A stretch of DNA of 56,444 bases from an uncultured Candidatus Saccharibacteria bacterium (GTDB lineage Bacteria; Patescibacteriota; Minisyncoccia; Phycocordibacterales; Phycocordibacteraceae), in NCBI GenBank assembly GCA_964615225.1, contig CAZTMV010000001.1, forward strand, positions 1 through 56,444, given 5' to 3'. Position numbers and translations under genes: made by a program. Below the pieces are notes generated by a model, which worked only from the letters and a program-made list of their open reading frames with translations, did not search any database and had not been told where the DNA came from. This document shows, in pieces, positions 9,275 through 17,876 of this stretch. How positions within the stretch are numbered: the stretch's first letter is position 1; the number at the start of each line of letters is the position of its first letter.

Positions 9275-11157
9275 AAGTCTCTAAAAAATGGCTAGAAAAG
9301 TATTTTGATGCACCGCTTCCTGACACGAAGGAGCTTGCGGACCTGTTTACCTTCCATGCGTTTGAAATCGAAGAAGCAGAGGGAGATCTGCTTGATGTGA
9401 AAGTACTCCCGGATCGCGCGGCATATGCGCTTTCGCATCGCGGCATTGCAAGCGAGGCCGCCGCTATCTTGAACCGTCCTTTGAAAGTGGATCCGTTGAA
9501 GCAGCCTGCTCCTGCCTTTGCTCCAACTGATGCACTTACAGTAACGATCGAAGACGAGAAGAAATGCTTCCGCTATATGGGTGCAGTTATTACGGGCGTA
9601 AAAGTCGGGCCGTCTCCTGCGTGGCTTACGGAAGCGCTTGAGTCGGTGGGCCAGCGTTCCATCAATAACGTAGTGGATGCAACGAACTACGTGATGCTTG
9701 ATATCGGCCAGCCGCTGCACGCATTTGATGCGCACAAGCTCACTGCCAGAGAAGGCAAGCGTATGATTTCGGTGCGTGGTGCTGCAGCCGGAGAGAAAAT
9801 CACGACCCTCACCGGCGACGAGTACACGCTTCCGGAAGGAACACTCTTGATCGTGGATGCAGCAGCAAACGTCCCGGTAGGCATTGCAGGTGTGAAGGGA
9901 GGGAAGGCTGCAGAGATTGATGCAAGCACGACAGAGATCGTGATTGAGTCGGCGAACTTCGACGGATCAATGGTGCGCAAAGCAGCGCAGTCGTTGAAGC
10001 TGTTTACGGACGCCTCAACGCGCTACCAGAACCGTATTTCCCCTGAGCTTGCAGGCTACGGCATGGATGCAGTCACGAAACTCATTCTCCAGATTGCGGG
10101 AGGCGAGCTTCGCGGCGTTGTTGACGTGCGCGCAGGGTTGCCGCAGGAACATCTGGCTCCGATCCACATTTCGCTTGAGAAGATTAACCGCATGCTCGGC
10201 ACCGAGCTTGGCGCGCACGACGTTGCGCATGCGCTTGATCGTCTGGGCCTTTCGTTTGTCGAGGAATCGCGTGCGTTTTCAATCACGCCCTCATTTGAGC
10301 GTCGCGATATACAGATTCCGGAAGATGTTGCAGAAGAAGTCGGCCGCATCTTGGGGTATGACAAAGTCCCTTCCATCATGCTTCCGCCGCTCCCGGTTGC
10401 GCCTGATCAGTTGAAGTTCCGCGGCATTGAGCGCGTGAAAGACCTGTTGGTCGAGCGCGGGTTTACGGAAATTTCAACGCCAGCGTTTGCGGTTTCTGGA
10501 GAGGTGGAGCTTGCTAATCCGCTGCAAAGCGATAAGCCATGGCTTCGCGCAACGCTGCAAGACAACATGGAGGAAGCGCTCACGCGCGCAGTGCAAGTTG
10601 CACCCAAAGTGCTCGGTCCGGATCACAGTGTCCGGTTGTTTGAAGTAGGGAATGTGTTCACTGCTTCCGGCGAGCGTCTGATGCTCTCCTTGGGATACAA
10701 GGCAGTGATCGGTAAACCAAAACCAGTTATGGCGGAAATTGCAGATGCGCTCTCGGACCTGCTTTCCATGAGCATTGCTGCTGCAGGTGATGTCATCGAA
10801 GTTCCACTTGGGGAGACAGATCTTGAAAAGCTTGGTGCAGACTATGAGCCGAGGAAGATCGTGTTACAGAAGTTCCGTCCCTTCTCTATGTATCCGTTTG
10901 CACTTCGAGATATTGCGGTGTGGTCTCCTGCAGGAACAGAGGAAAGCGAGGTTTCAAATGCCATTCTTGCGGAAGCAGGGGATTTGGTCTCGCGCATGGA
11001 CCTCTTTGATCGCTTTGAAAAAGATGGACGAGTATCGCATGCCTTTCGTCTAGTATTCGAATCTTCCGAGAAGACGTTGTCCGATGCAGACTTGAATCCA
11101 GTGATGGGGCGCGTGACCGTAGCGCTGAACGCAAAAGAGGGCTGGGAGGTACGATAA
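9271..11157 (+). CDS. pheT: phenylalanine-tRNA ligase beta subunit (lacks the OB-fold B2 domain)
   Basis: MKVSKKWLEKYF... (B1), B3/4 region NNVVDATNYVMLDIGQPLHAFD, B5, and a C-terminal FDX-ACB-like end. ATGA overlap with pheS; 628 aa. Confidence 0.9.
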   Translation: MKVSKKWLEKYFDAPLPDTKELADLFTFHAFEIEEAEGDLLDVKVLPDRAAYALSHRGIASEAAAILNRPLKVDPLKQPAPAFAPTDALTVTIEDEKKCFRYMGAVITGVKVGPSPAWLTEALESVGQRSINNVVDATNYVMLDIGQPLHAFDAHKLTAREGKRMISVRGAAAGEKITTLTGDEYTLPEGTLLIVDAAANVPVGIAGVKGGKAAEIDASTTEIVIESANFDGSMVRKAAQSLKLFTDASTRYQNRISPELAGYGMDAVTKLILQIAGGELRGVVDVRAGLPQEHLAPIHISLEKINRMLGTELGAHDVAHALDRLGLSFVEESRAFSITPSFERRDIQIPEDVAEEVGRILGYDKVPSIMLPPLPVAPDQLKFRGIERVKDLLVERGFTEISTPAFAVSGEVELANPLQSDKPWLRATLQDNMEEALTRAVQVAPKVLGPDHSVRLFEVGNVFTASGERLMLSLGYKAVIGKPKPVMAEIADALSDLLSMSIAAAGDVIEVPLGETDLEKLGADYEPRKIVLQKFRPFSMYPFALRDIAVWSPAGTEESEVSNAILAEAGDLVSRMDLFDRFEKDGRVSHAFRLVFESSEKTLSDADLNPVMGRVTVALNAKEGWEVR

Positions 11158-11196
11158 AGCCCCCGCTGCGCATTCTGCGAGCGGAGGCTTCGGGGG

Positions 11197-11409
11197 TTAG
11201 TGCATGCCGACCCGTCTGAGGTGTTTGAGTTCCAGACTCGGAAGCTCAGAAACCGGCAGTAGGCCGCAGCACACACATTTTTGGACATAGGAGCGGGCGA
11301 ATACCTTCAGGAATTCGTCGACGTTCTCATGGTCCTTCCAGACAGGTTCTGCGTCCTGATAGGCAGCGCCAAGCACTGCTTCTTCAAGGCTGCTGAGTAC
11401 TGCTGTCAT
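11197..11409 (-). CDS. hypothetical small protein
   Basis: 70 aa with a strong SD (GGGAGGGAGGGAAAGA-ATG on the minus strand). No recognisable family. Confidence 0.4.
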   Translation of the reverse strand: MTAVLSSLEEAVLGAAYQDAEPVWKDHENVDEFLKVFARSYVQKCVCCGLLPVSELPSLELKHLRRVGMH

Positions 11410-11523
11410 ATCTTTCCCTCCCTCCCGGACACGTTCCGGGATCTGTGCATAGTACGATTGATTTTAGTCTAGTCAATACGGGTCGGTGGGCATGATTCGT
11501 GCTATACTTCGAGCAAGAAAACC

Positions 11524-13599
11524 ATGGCAAAAGCTAAGGAAAAAGACGCTTCTGGAGCGGGTAAGGGCAAGGCGTACGATGCGTCGTCTATTCAAGTGCT
11601 TGAGGGGTTGGATCCGGTACGCAAGCGCCCGGGAATGTACATCGGTACCACCGGTCCCGATGGTCTCCACCACCTGATCTGGGAAATCTTCGACAACTCG
11701 CGCGACGAGGCGATGGGCGGATTTGCAAACGATATCGAAGTCGCGCTGCTTCCAGGTGGGTATATCCGCGTTGCTGACAACGGTCGCGGTATTCCGGTAA
11801 ATATCCATCCGAAGACAAAGCTGTCTGCGCTTGAAATGGTTATGACCCAGCTGCATGCCGGTGGTAAGTTTGGCGGCGAGGACTCTGGCTACAAAGTGTC
11901 GGGAGGTCTGCACGGCGTGGGCGCATCGGTCGTGAACGCGCTTTCCACTAACGCAAAAGTCATCGTGCACAAAGATGGCGGCGTACACACGCAGGAGTAC
12001 AAGATCGGTAAGCCGCAAGGGAAGGTAAAGCAGATCGGTAAATCAAACCTGCACGGCACCATTACGTACTTCCGTCCAGACGAAACAATCTTCACTGCCG
12101 GTATTGAGTGGAATTGGGACAAGATCGTCGCGCACCTGCGTCAGCAGGCATACCTGGTGAAGGGTGCACGCATTAGCGCTATCGATGCGCGCGAGAATGC
12201 GCTTGCAGCTGAAAGCGAAGACGTGCACTACCTGCGCGAGCTCGGGCTTGAGGTGCCGTCGATGACCTTCTACTTCGAAGGAGGACTTCGTTCCTTGGTT
12301 TCGTTCTACAACCAGCGCCAGACGCCGGTGCATAAGAATATTTTCTACGTTGATTCTGAGAAGGACGGCGTGATGGTGGAGGTCGCGCTCCAGTATGTTG
12401 ACGACATTTCGCCGAAGCTGATGGCGTTTGCAAACAACATCTACAACCCAGAGCACGGTACGCATGTGACCGGTTTCAAGACAGCGCTCACGCGCACCTT
12501 GAACTCCTACGGCCGCAAGGCAGGCATCCTTAAAGAGAGCGAGGAGAACTTCACCGGAGACGATGCTCTTGAGGGCATCACAGCAGTGGTCTCAATCAAG
12601 ATGCCGGAGATCCAGTTCGAGGGACAGACGAAGGCAAAGCTCGGATCCGTTGAAGCGCAGGGCGCAACCGCAACCGTGTTTGGAGACGCATTTGCCTCAT
12701 TCCTCGAAGAGAATCCAGATGATGCAAAGGCAATCATCAACAAGGTGCTGCTTGCTTTGAAGGCGCGCAAGGCGGCAAAGGCTGCGAAGGACTCCGTGCT
12801 TCGCAAGGGTGCACTCGAGGGCATGACGCTGCCGGGCAAGCTTGCAGACTGTCAGACCAAAAACGCAGAAGAATCAGAGCTGTTTATCGTAGAGGGAGAT
12901 TCGGCAGGCGGTACTGCTAAGACCGGACGCGACCGCCGCACACAGGCAATTCTTCCGCTTCGCGGAAAGATCTTAAACATCGAGCGAGCACGCCTGGATA
13001 AGATGCTTGCGTCTGAACAGATCAAGAACCTTGTGGTAGCTCTTGGTACGGCGATTGGAGATGTCTTTGATATCGGCAAGCTGCGTTATCACAAGGTCAT
13101 CATTGCAACGGATGCCGACGTGGACGGCGCACACATTCGCACGCTCTTGTTGACGTTGCTGTTCCGTCACTTCCGTCCACTTATTGATGCTGGCTACATT
13201 TACATTGCACAGCCGCCTTTGTACAAGCTCACCCGCGGCAAGGAAGTGTTCTACGCCTACACCGATGAGGAGAAATTTAAGATCGTAGGCAAGGAGGCTG
13301 TTGCAGAAACAGCTGACGAACCTCCTGCAGAAGAGGAGACGCCGGAAGGAGAAGAGGAAGACACCAAGAAGAAGGCGCCAAAGAAGTTCAACCAGCAGCG
13401 CTACAAGGGTCTTGGAGAAATGAATGCCTCTGAGCTTTGGGAAACTACCATGGACCCGGCTCGCCGCGTGTTGAAGCGCGTAACGGTAGAGGATGCTGCA
13501 GAAGCAGACCGCATCTTCGATATCCTTATGGGCACCGACGTTGCAAGCCGCAAGTCATTCATCCAGTCGAACGCAAAGCTAGCGAATCTGGACGTATAA
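11524..13599 (+). CDS. gyrB: DNA gyrase subunit B
   Basis: YDASSIQVLEGLDPVRKRPGMYIG..., EGDSAGG, PLRGKILN, DADVDGAHI, QRYKGLGEMN. TGcTATACT lies 15 nt upstream. Confidence 0.95.
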   Translation: MAKAKEKDASGAGKGKAYDASSIQVLEGLDPVRKRPGMYIGTTGPDGLHHLIWEIFDNSRDEAMGGFANDIEVALLPGGYIRVADNGRGIPVNIHPKTKLSALEMVMTQLHAGGKFGGEDSGYKVSGGLHGVGASVVNALSTNAKVIVHKDGGVHTQEYKIGKPQGKVKQIGKSNLHGTITYFRPDETIFTAGIEWNWDKIVAHLRQQAYLVKGARISAIDARENALAAESEDVHYLRELGLEVPSMTFYFEGGLRSLVSFYNQRQTPVHKNIFYVDSEKDGVMVEVALQYVDDISPKLMAFANNIYNPEHGTHVTGFKTALTRTLNSYGRKAGILKESEENFTGDDALEGITAVVSIKMPEIQFEGQTKAKLGSVEAQGATATVFGDAFASFLEENPDDAKAIINKVLLALKARKAAKAAKDSVLRKGALEGMTLPGKLADCQTKNAEESELFIVEGDSAGGTAKTGRDRRTQAILPLRGKILNIERARLDKMLASEQIKNLVVALGTAIGDVFDIGKLRYHKVIIATDADVDGAHIRTLLLTLLFRHFRPLIDAGYIYIAQPPLYKLTRGKEVFYAYTDEEKFKIVGKEAVAETADEPPAEEETPEGEEEDTKKKAPKKFNQQRYKGLGEMNASELWETTMDPARRVLKRVTVEDAAEADRIFDILMGTDVASRKSFIQSNAKLANLDV

Positions 13600-13600
13600 G

Positions 13601-13628
13601 AAAAAGCCCCGCTTGAGCGGGGCTTTTT
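13601..13628. terminator. bidirectional intrinsic terminator
   Basis: AAAAAgccccgc-ttga-gcggggcTTTTT. Confidence 0.8.
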
Positions 13629-13629
13629 C

Positions 13630-14310
13630 TTAATCTTCAATCTCGAGTTCGACCGTGTCGTCGTTGTTGCGCTCGTTAGATTCTGAAACTGCGTTCTGGT
13701 AGTCGACATCAATTTCAATTTCCATAGAACGGTTCGGCTTCGGGTCCGTGATGCGGAGCGTGAAATTTTGAGAGCCGTTCGGGAGCAGGTAGCCGCCGTT
13801 GCCGATTGCAGTATCGTCTCCCTCGACATCAATGCGTACGCGCCAGTTTGCAGCTGCGTTGGTGCCGATGTTGCGGACAGTGAACTTGAGGCCTGCATCG
13901 CGGCCTTCAGGAACCTGATCATCCTCGACGAATGAGTTGCCGCGGAAGTAGCCTGTCTCGACATTGACGAGTGCGAGATCTGCTTGGCCATAGAGGTTTG
14001 GCGTGGTCTGCGTAACGACTGGAGGATAGTAGCCGATGATCGGCGTAGTTGGGGTGGTTGGCTTAGCTGGGGTTGTGGTTGCAGTAGGAGTAGCCGGGCG
14101 AGACGGGGTAGTGGTTGCTGCTGGGGTCTCGTCATTCTCTTCAGGGTCTGAGGAAAGAATTACCGCTGAGGAAAGGCGCGAGAGTGTCTCAGGCACATAG
14201 CGTGCTGCGTAGATTGCAAGGAAGATGCCGGCAATCAAAAGCGCACCGAAGCCAACGATCGCAAGACCGTTCAGGGCGGGTTTCTTTGGGGCGGTAGTAG
14301 TGTCTGCCAT
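13630..14310 (-). CDS. N-terminally anchored cell-surface protein with Pro/Thr linker and CARDB-like domain
   Basis: TM helix LAIVGFGALLIAGIFLAIYAA, a PT-rich linker, then DLALVNVE...LKFTVRNIGTNAAANWRVRIDVEGDD...SESNERNNDDTVELE. TAGATT lies 9 nt upstream of the ATG. Confidence 0.6.
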   Translation of the reverse strand: MADTTTAPKKPALNGLAIVGFGALLIAGIFLAIYAARYVPETLSRLSSAVILSSDPEENDETPAATTTPSRPATPTATTTPAKPTTPTTPIIGYYPPVVTQTTPNLYGQADLALVNVETGYFRGNSFVEDDQVPEGRDAGLKFTVRNIGTNAAANWRVRIDVEGDDTAIGNGGYLLPNGSQNFTLRITDPKPNRSMEIEIDVDYQNAVSESNERNNDDTVELEIED

Positions 14311-14385
14311 ATGGTCAGTAATCTACGACAGGAGTCTTGATATGTCAAGGGGTTTCAGAAACGGCATGGTAGAGTGACTGTACCT

Positions 14386-15000
14386 ATGGCTTCGACCGCG
14401 TTTGAGAAAGTGTATGCACGCAAGTGGACCTTTGTCGGCGTGTTTACGCTCGTGTATTTCGTATCCTTGTCCGCACTCGCATCCTTCGGGCTGGCTCCGT
14501 GGTCTACGAGCTTTTCTGATGTGCGGCCGGGCCAGCAGATTCAGGGCGTAGTGCAGGGCGAGCTGCCAGTCGGAATCGAGATTCCATCGATCGGCCTCAA
14601 GGCAAACGTCCTGAACCCGAACACGACTGATATTGCAGCGCTCGATGCAGAACTCACCAAGGGCGCGGTCCGCTACCCAGGTTCTGCGGTCCCTGGCGAA
14701 GAGGGCAATGTGCTTATCTTCGGACACTCCAGCTATCTGCCGGTGGTGCATAACCAGGCATACAAAGCCTTCAACGGCATCCAGAATTTGGAAGAGGGAG
14801 CACCTATTTTCGTCGTGGGAGAGACCAAGGTGTTTATCTACGCAGTAGAAGAAGTACAGAAAGCGAACACCTCGACCGGAGAGATTCCGCTTGCCATTGA
14901 GGGAGCGAAGCTGACCCTGGCAACCTGCGATACGTTCGGGGCGAAGTCTGACCGTTTTATCGTGACGGCGAAGCTGGTGCGGGTGGAGGAATTGCGCTGA
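14386..15000 (+). CDS. sortase-family transpeptidase
   Basis: N-terminal TM anchor, GNVLIFGHSSY (His motif), KLTLATCD (TLxTC catalytic Cys). The start is set at the ATG 10 nt after TGGTAGAGT; the ORF-track start at 14374 lies inside the -10 box. Confidence 0.8.
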   Translation: MASTAFEKVYARKWTFVGVFTLVYFVSLSALASFGLAPWSTSFSDVRPGQQIQGVVQGELPVGIEIPSIGLKANVLNPNTTDIAALDAELTKGAVRYPGSAVPGEEGNVLIFGHSSYLPVVHNQAYKAFNGIQNLEEGAPIFVVGETKVFIYAVEEVQKANTSTGEIPLAIEGAKLTLATCDTFGAKSDRFIVTAKLVRVEELR

Positions 15001-15032
15001 TTCCAGGCCTTATTTCTTAGGTAGGTAGGAAC

Positions 15033-15061
15033 TTGACAAATCCTATATTTACTGATACATT
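15033..15061 (+). promoter_or_regulatory. canonical sigma70-type promoter TTGACA-17-TACATT
   Basis: TTGACA 15033-15038, 17-nt spacer, TACATT 15056-15061, in an AT-rich spacer upstream of the 15097 gene. Confidence 0.6.
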
Positions 15062-15096
15062 CATTTCAATTCCACCCATTTAGAGAAAGGGAACCG

Positions 15097-15555
15097 ATGG
15101 AAGGGTTCATTAAAGGCGTGTGGGCAGTGTGTGGCGTTTTCGCTGCGATCCTGCTTGGGCTTCTCCTTCTCGGCATTCTGCCGAATCTCCGGTTCAACCT
15201 CTCTTGGGCAGGTCAGCCTCCCCAAGTGATGAGCTCGGAGATCCAAGGAGGGCCGCACATCGCCGAACAATCTCCGGCTGGCGTCGTTCTCACGGGCGCG
15301 CCTCACCCGGCACCTCCTCATATGAACGGTGGTCCAGCAATGGCCCCGCAACGTGAAGAGGCACCCCGCCTTGGCCAACTGGTCGGACGCAATTCCGTCC
15401 CGGCTTCGCAGGAAGGTGGCCGGTGTCCGACCGGGCAAATCACCTATGGTGAACATGCTCGCGTCTGCACCGGCCAGGAACTCCGACCCACGGGTCGCGA
15501 GTGCCGCACCAATCCAGCGACCGGCGAACGTGAATGCCGGCCGATGCGCCAATAA
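15097..15555 (+). CDS. hypothetical membrane-anchored/secreted protein with Cys-rich C-terminus
   Basis: Hydrophobic N-terminus VWAVCGVFAAILLGLLLLGIL, Pro-rich middle, C-terminal CPTG...VCTG...ECRTNPATGERECRP. SD AAGGGA upstream; a palindromic hairpin follows. Confidence 0.5.
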   Translation: MEGFIKGVWAVCGVFAAILLGLLLLGILPNLRFNLSWAGQPPQVMSSEIQGGPHIAEQSPAGVVLTGAPHPAPPHMNGGPAMAPQREEAPRLGQLVGRNSVPASQEGGRCPTGQITYGEHARVCTGQELRPTGRECRTNPATGERECRPMRQ

Positions 15556-15567
15556 AAGGCATAAACA

Positions 15568-15595
15568 AGGGCTCAGATGCATGCATCTGAGCCCT
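15568..15595 (+). terminator. perfect 28-nt palindrome/hairpin after the 15097 gene
   Basis: agggctcagatgc|gcatctgagccct, with no clear T tract. Confidence 0.45.
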
Positions 15596-15607
15596 TACTA
15601 CATGGTC

Positions 15608-15636
15608 TTGACATATGGTATTTGATGGTTTATTAT
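15608..15636 (+). promoter_or_regulatory. canonical sigma70-type promoter TTGACA-17-TATTAT
   Basis: TTGACA 15608-15613, 17-nt spacer, TATTAT 15631-15636. An approximately 108-nt leader with small hairpins precedes the SD GGGGGAG. Confidence 0.65.
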
Positions 15637-15750
15637 AGATAAGAAGGGAAAATACTCTACTGGTAGCTTTCTGTCCGGGAACAAGGGTTCCTCGCCAGCA
15701 AGCTCTCCGTAGGGAGAGTGTTCCTCAACAGATCCAGAAAGGGGGAGAAG

Positions 15751-16614
15751 ATGTTCAAGCATCTAATCCTAACTCTGCTGGCGATCGCGACGGTTACTGT
15801 TGCGACGCTGGCGCCGGCTCACGCCGAGACTACGTGGACGACTTGGGGGGAAGCTCCCTACGCAACCTCGCAAGAGGAAGCGATCAGGCGGCTCCCTGAT
15901 GCACTCCGCGATCTGAATATTCCAGAGCCCGTTCGGGCTCTCCTCCAGGCGGAGGTGCAGCGTAACCCGCAAGGGACGCGCGTGTACCTCACTCCTGGCA
16001 AGCGCTTCTTAGGGATGATGACAGGAGGGGTTCGCCCCCATGCAATGCATGATGTTGTTGTCGGACGCAATCCGGTTCGCCGGGGTGCCGTCCAAGCTGC
16101 TGAGGCCCGCGAATGGCGGGTGGACTACGAGGGTCAAACGTACATCCTCACGTTGCCGGATATCTGTTACAACTGGGCGTGGAATCAAGAACCACTCCCG
16201 CAGGAGGTTGCGCTTGAAGAATGCGCGATCGTGGAAGTCGCGGTGCAGCAGGGAGATTTCCTGCAGCTCGCGGTCTTTTCCGGCGCTTCGCTTCCGTCTT
16301 CGCATTGCTGGGGCTATCAACAGTCCGGCGAGTGGGAGATGTGGGGCGAGTGCGTGGAATGCCCTCCCTGGGCATCGATCATTGGAAACGTTCCGGCAGC
16401 TGACCGCAGGGTCCGCATGCCGGGAGTTATCCGGGTCACACGAACGGGCTTCGTACAAGTACGTGTTCCGGTCGCGGTCGAACGTCATCACTTGGCGTTT
16501 TACCTCGAACGAAACGGCTTGTGCAGCTGGGTGATTGTAGAGCCAAGCGATTGGCGTTCGCACTCCTTCCGGCTAACCGAGGCGCACTGGACATGGCGGC
16601 CGCAAGGCAGCTAA
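15751..16614 (+). CDS. hypothetical secreted Trp/Cys-rich protein
   Basis: Signal peptide MFKHLILTLLAIATVTVATLAPAHA-ETTW, six Cys, many Trp, strong SD (AAAGGGGGAGAAG-ATG). No recognisable family. Confidence 0.6.
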   Translation: MFKHLILTLLAIATVTVATLAPAHAETTWTTWGEAPYATSQEEAIRRLPDALRDLNIPEPVRALLQAEVQRNPQGTRVYLTPGKRFLGMMTGGVRPHAMHDVVVGRNPVRRGAVQAAEAREWRVDYEGQTYILTLPDICYNWAWNQEPLPQEVALEECAIVEVAVQQGDFLQLAVFSGASLPSSHCWGYQQSGEWEMWGECVECPPWASIIGNVPAADRRVRMPGVIRVTRTGFVQVRVPVAVERHHLAFYLERNGLCSWVIVEPSDWRSHSFRLTEAHWTWRPQGS

Positions 16615-16623
16615 CCAGTAGTA

Positions 16624-16665
16624 GATGGGCGGCATAACCTGCCGCCCATCACACCTCCTTTTTTG
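16624..16665 (+). terminator. intrinsic terminator
   Basis: gatgggcggc-ataacct-gccgcccatc followed by a TTTTTT tract. Confidence 0.65.
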
Positions 16666-16708
16666 TACGGGCGCAATTATTAGTCGTAGTGCCCTTTATT
16701 AAATCCCT

Positions 16709-17815
16709 ATGATTACCACTTCAAACAACAACATTCAGGTATCGCGTTCTGCTCTTTCGGGCGTTTTCCGTGTACTCATGCTTGCGGTCTTCGCTAGCGT
16801 GTTTGCGTTCACGGCGACTCTCATCATGCCTGCAACGGCAGAGGCGACCATCTCCGGTTACGGAGACTGTGTTAGCTGTGGATGGGAGCCAGAGTACGAG
16901 GTATATAACACCTACGACTACTACGACTACGGCTGGGAACCGGAGTACGAGGTGTACAACACCTATGACTACTACGATTACGGTTGGGAGCCGGAGTACC
17001 AGACGTACAACACCTACGACTACTACACCTACGACAGCGGCAACTACTGGGGCGACTACTACTATGAGCCGTACTACGTAGACTACTCATACGGGTACTA
17101 CGATTACGACTACGGTGGCTGTTACTCTAACTGTTACCAGCCGGTAGAGCCGGTATGTGCCATGAGCGCATCCGACACTACGATCGAGAAGGGTGACGAC
17201 GTCACTCTCCACTGGACCTCTGAGAACGCATACTCCGCAACGCTCTCAGGCTACGGCTCAGTTGCAACCGGCGGCAACCGCTCGGTCTCTCCAAACAAAG
17301 ACACGACCTACACCCTTACGGTGCGTGGTCAGGGCGGCACTGACACCTGTTCAGTTCGCATCAACGTCGAGGAGGATGAGGACGAGGATGATCTCTGGTG
17401 TGAGCTCGACGTTTCCGACTCTCGCGTAGAGGAGGGCGACGAGGTAACGCTTGAATGGGATACCCGTGGTGCAAGCTACGCTTCCATCAACCAGGGCGTC
17501 GGCCGCGTTGACGAGGATGGTGGCGAGGAGGAAGTAGAGGTCGATCGCGACACTACATTCCGCCTCACCGTTCGCGACAATGATGGCGACGAGGAGACTT
17601 GTACGGCAACCGTACGCGTTGATGACGAGGATGATTTCTCTTCTATCTCATTCAACGGCGATCCGGTAAACAACCCGCCGACCGTCTACCTCTCCCAGCT
17701 TCCGTACACCGGTCTTGAGGATATGTCTCCAAGCTTGATGGCAGCAATCGTCATGCTTGCAGGCCTCCTTGGCATCGGCGGCTACTTCTTCTTCGTGAAG
17801 CGCCGCACTGCCTAA
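16709..17815 (+). CDS. LPXTG-anchored surface protein with Tyr-rich tandem repeats and two Ig-like domains
   Basis: N-terminal signal/TM, three GWEPEYEVYNTYDYYDY repeats, two TLxW...TYTLTV-type domains separated by acidic linkers. The C-terminal sorting signal is LPYTG, a hydrophobic helix and KRRTA. Confidence 0.8.
   Translation: MITTSNNNIQVSRSALSGVFRVLMLAVFASVFAFTATLIMPATAEATISGYGDCVSCGWEPEYEVYNTYDYYDYGWEPEYEVYNTYDYYDYGWEPEYQTYNTYDYYTYDSGNYWGDYYYEPYYVDYSYGYYDYDYGGCYSNCYQPVEPVCAMSASDTTIEKGDDVTLHWTSENAYSATLSGYGSVATGGNRSVSPNKDTTYTLTVRGQGGTDTCSVRINVEEDEDEDDLWCELDVSDSRVEEGDEVTLEWDTRGASYASINQGVGRVDEDGGEEEVEVDRDTTFRLTVRDNDGDEETCTATVRVDDEDDFSSISFNGDPVNNPPTVYLSQLPYTGLEDMSPSLMAAIVMLAGLLGIGGYFFFVKRRTA
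16880..17032 (+). repeat. 3 x 51-bp in-frame tandem repeat (17-aa Tyr/Asp-rich unit)
   Basis: Units at 16880-16930, 16931-16981 and 16982-17032. Units 1 and 2 encode identical peptides but differ at 7 positions, all synonymous. Confidence 0.9.
17699..17713 (+). other. sortase recognition motif LPYTG
   Basis: ctt ccg tac acc ggt, followed by a 21-residue hydrophobic stretch and KRRTA. Confidence 0.8.
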
Positions 17816-17827
17816 CGGCTAGCGACT

Positions 17828-17860
17828 GAAACGGCCCCGCATATGCGGGGCCGTTTCATT
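17828..17860 (+). terminator. intrinsic terminator
   Basis: gaaacggccccgc-atat-gcggggccgtttc followed by ATTT. Confidence 0.75.
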
Positions 17861-17876
17861 TGGTAGAATGCTTGCA

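Noticed and set aside
13401-14135. 244-aa minus-strand ORF spanning the gyrB 3' end and the CARDB gene
   Set aside because: It crosses a strong bidirectional terminator and is a Ser/Thr/Arg-rich alternative frame. The 13630-14310 frame has a TM anchor and a CARDB-like domain, so that frame was preferred.
15061-16563. Minus-strand ORFs 15061-15582 and 16009-16563 opposite the two secreted-protein genes
   Set aside because: They have no promoter, SD or terminator on that strand. The plus-strand genes have consensus promoters, SDs, signal peptides and terminators.
16880-17032. Tandem 51-bp repeats considered as a CRISPR-like or satellite array
   Set aside because: The repeats are in frame within a signal-peptide and LPXTG protein, there are no spacers, and the variation is synonymous. 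They are coding repeats.
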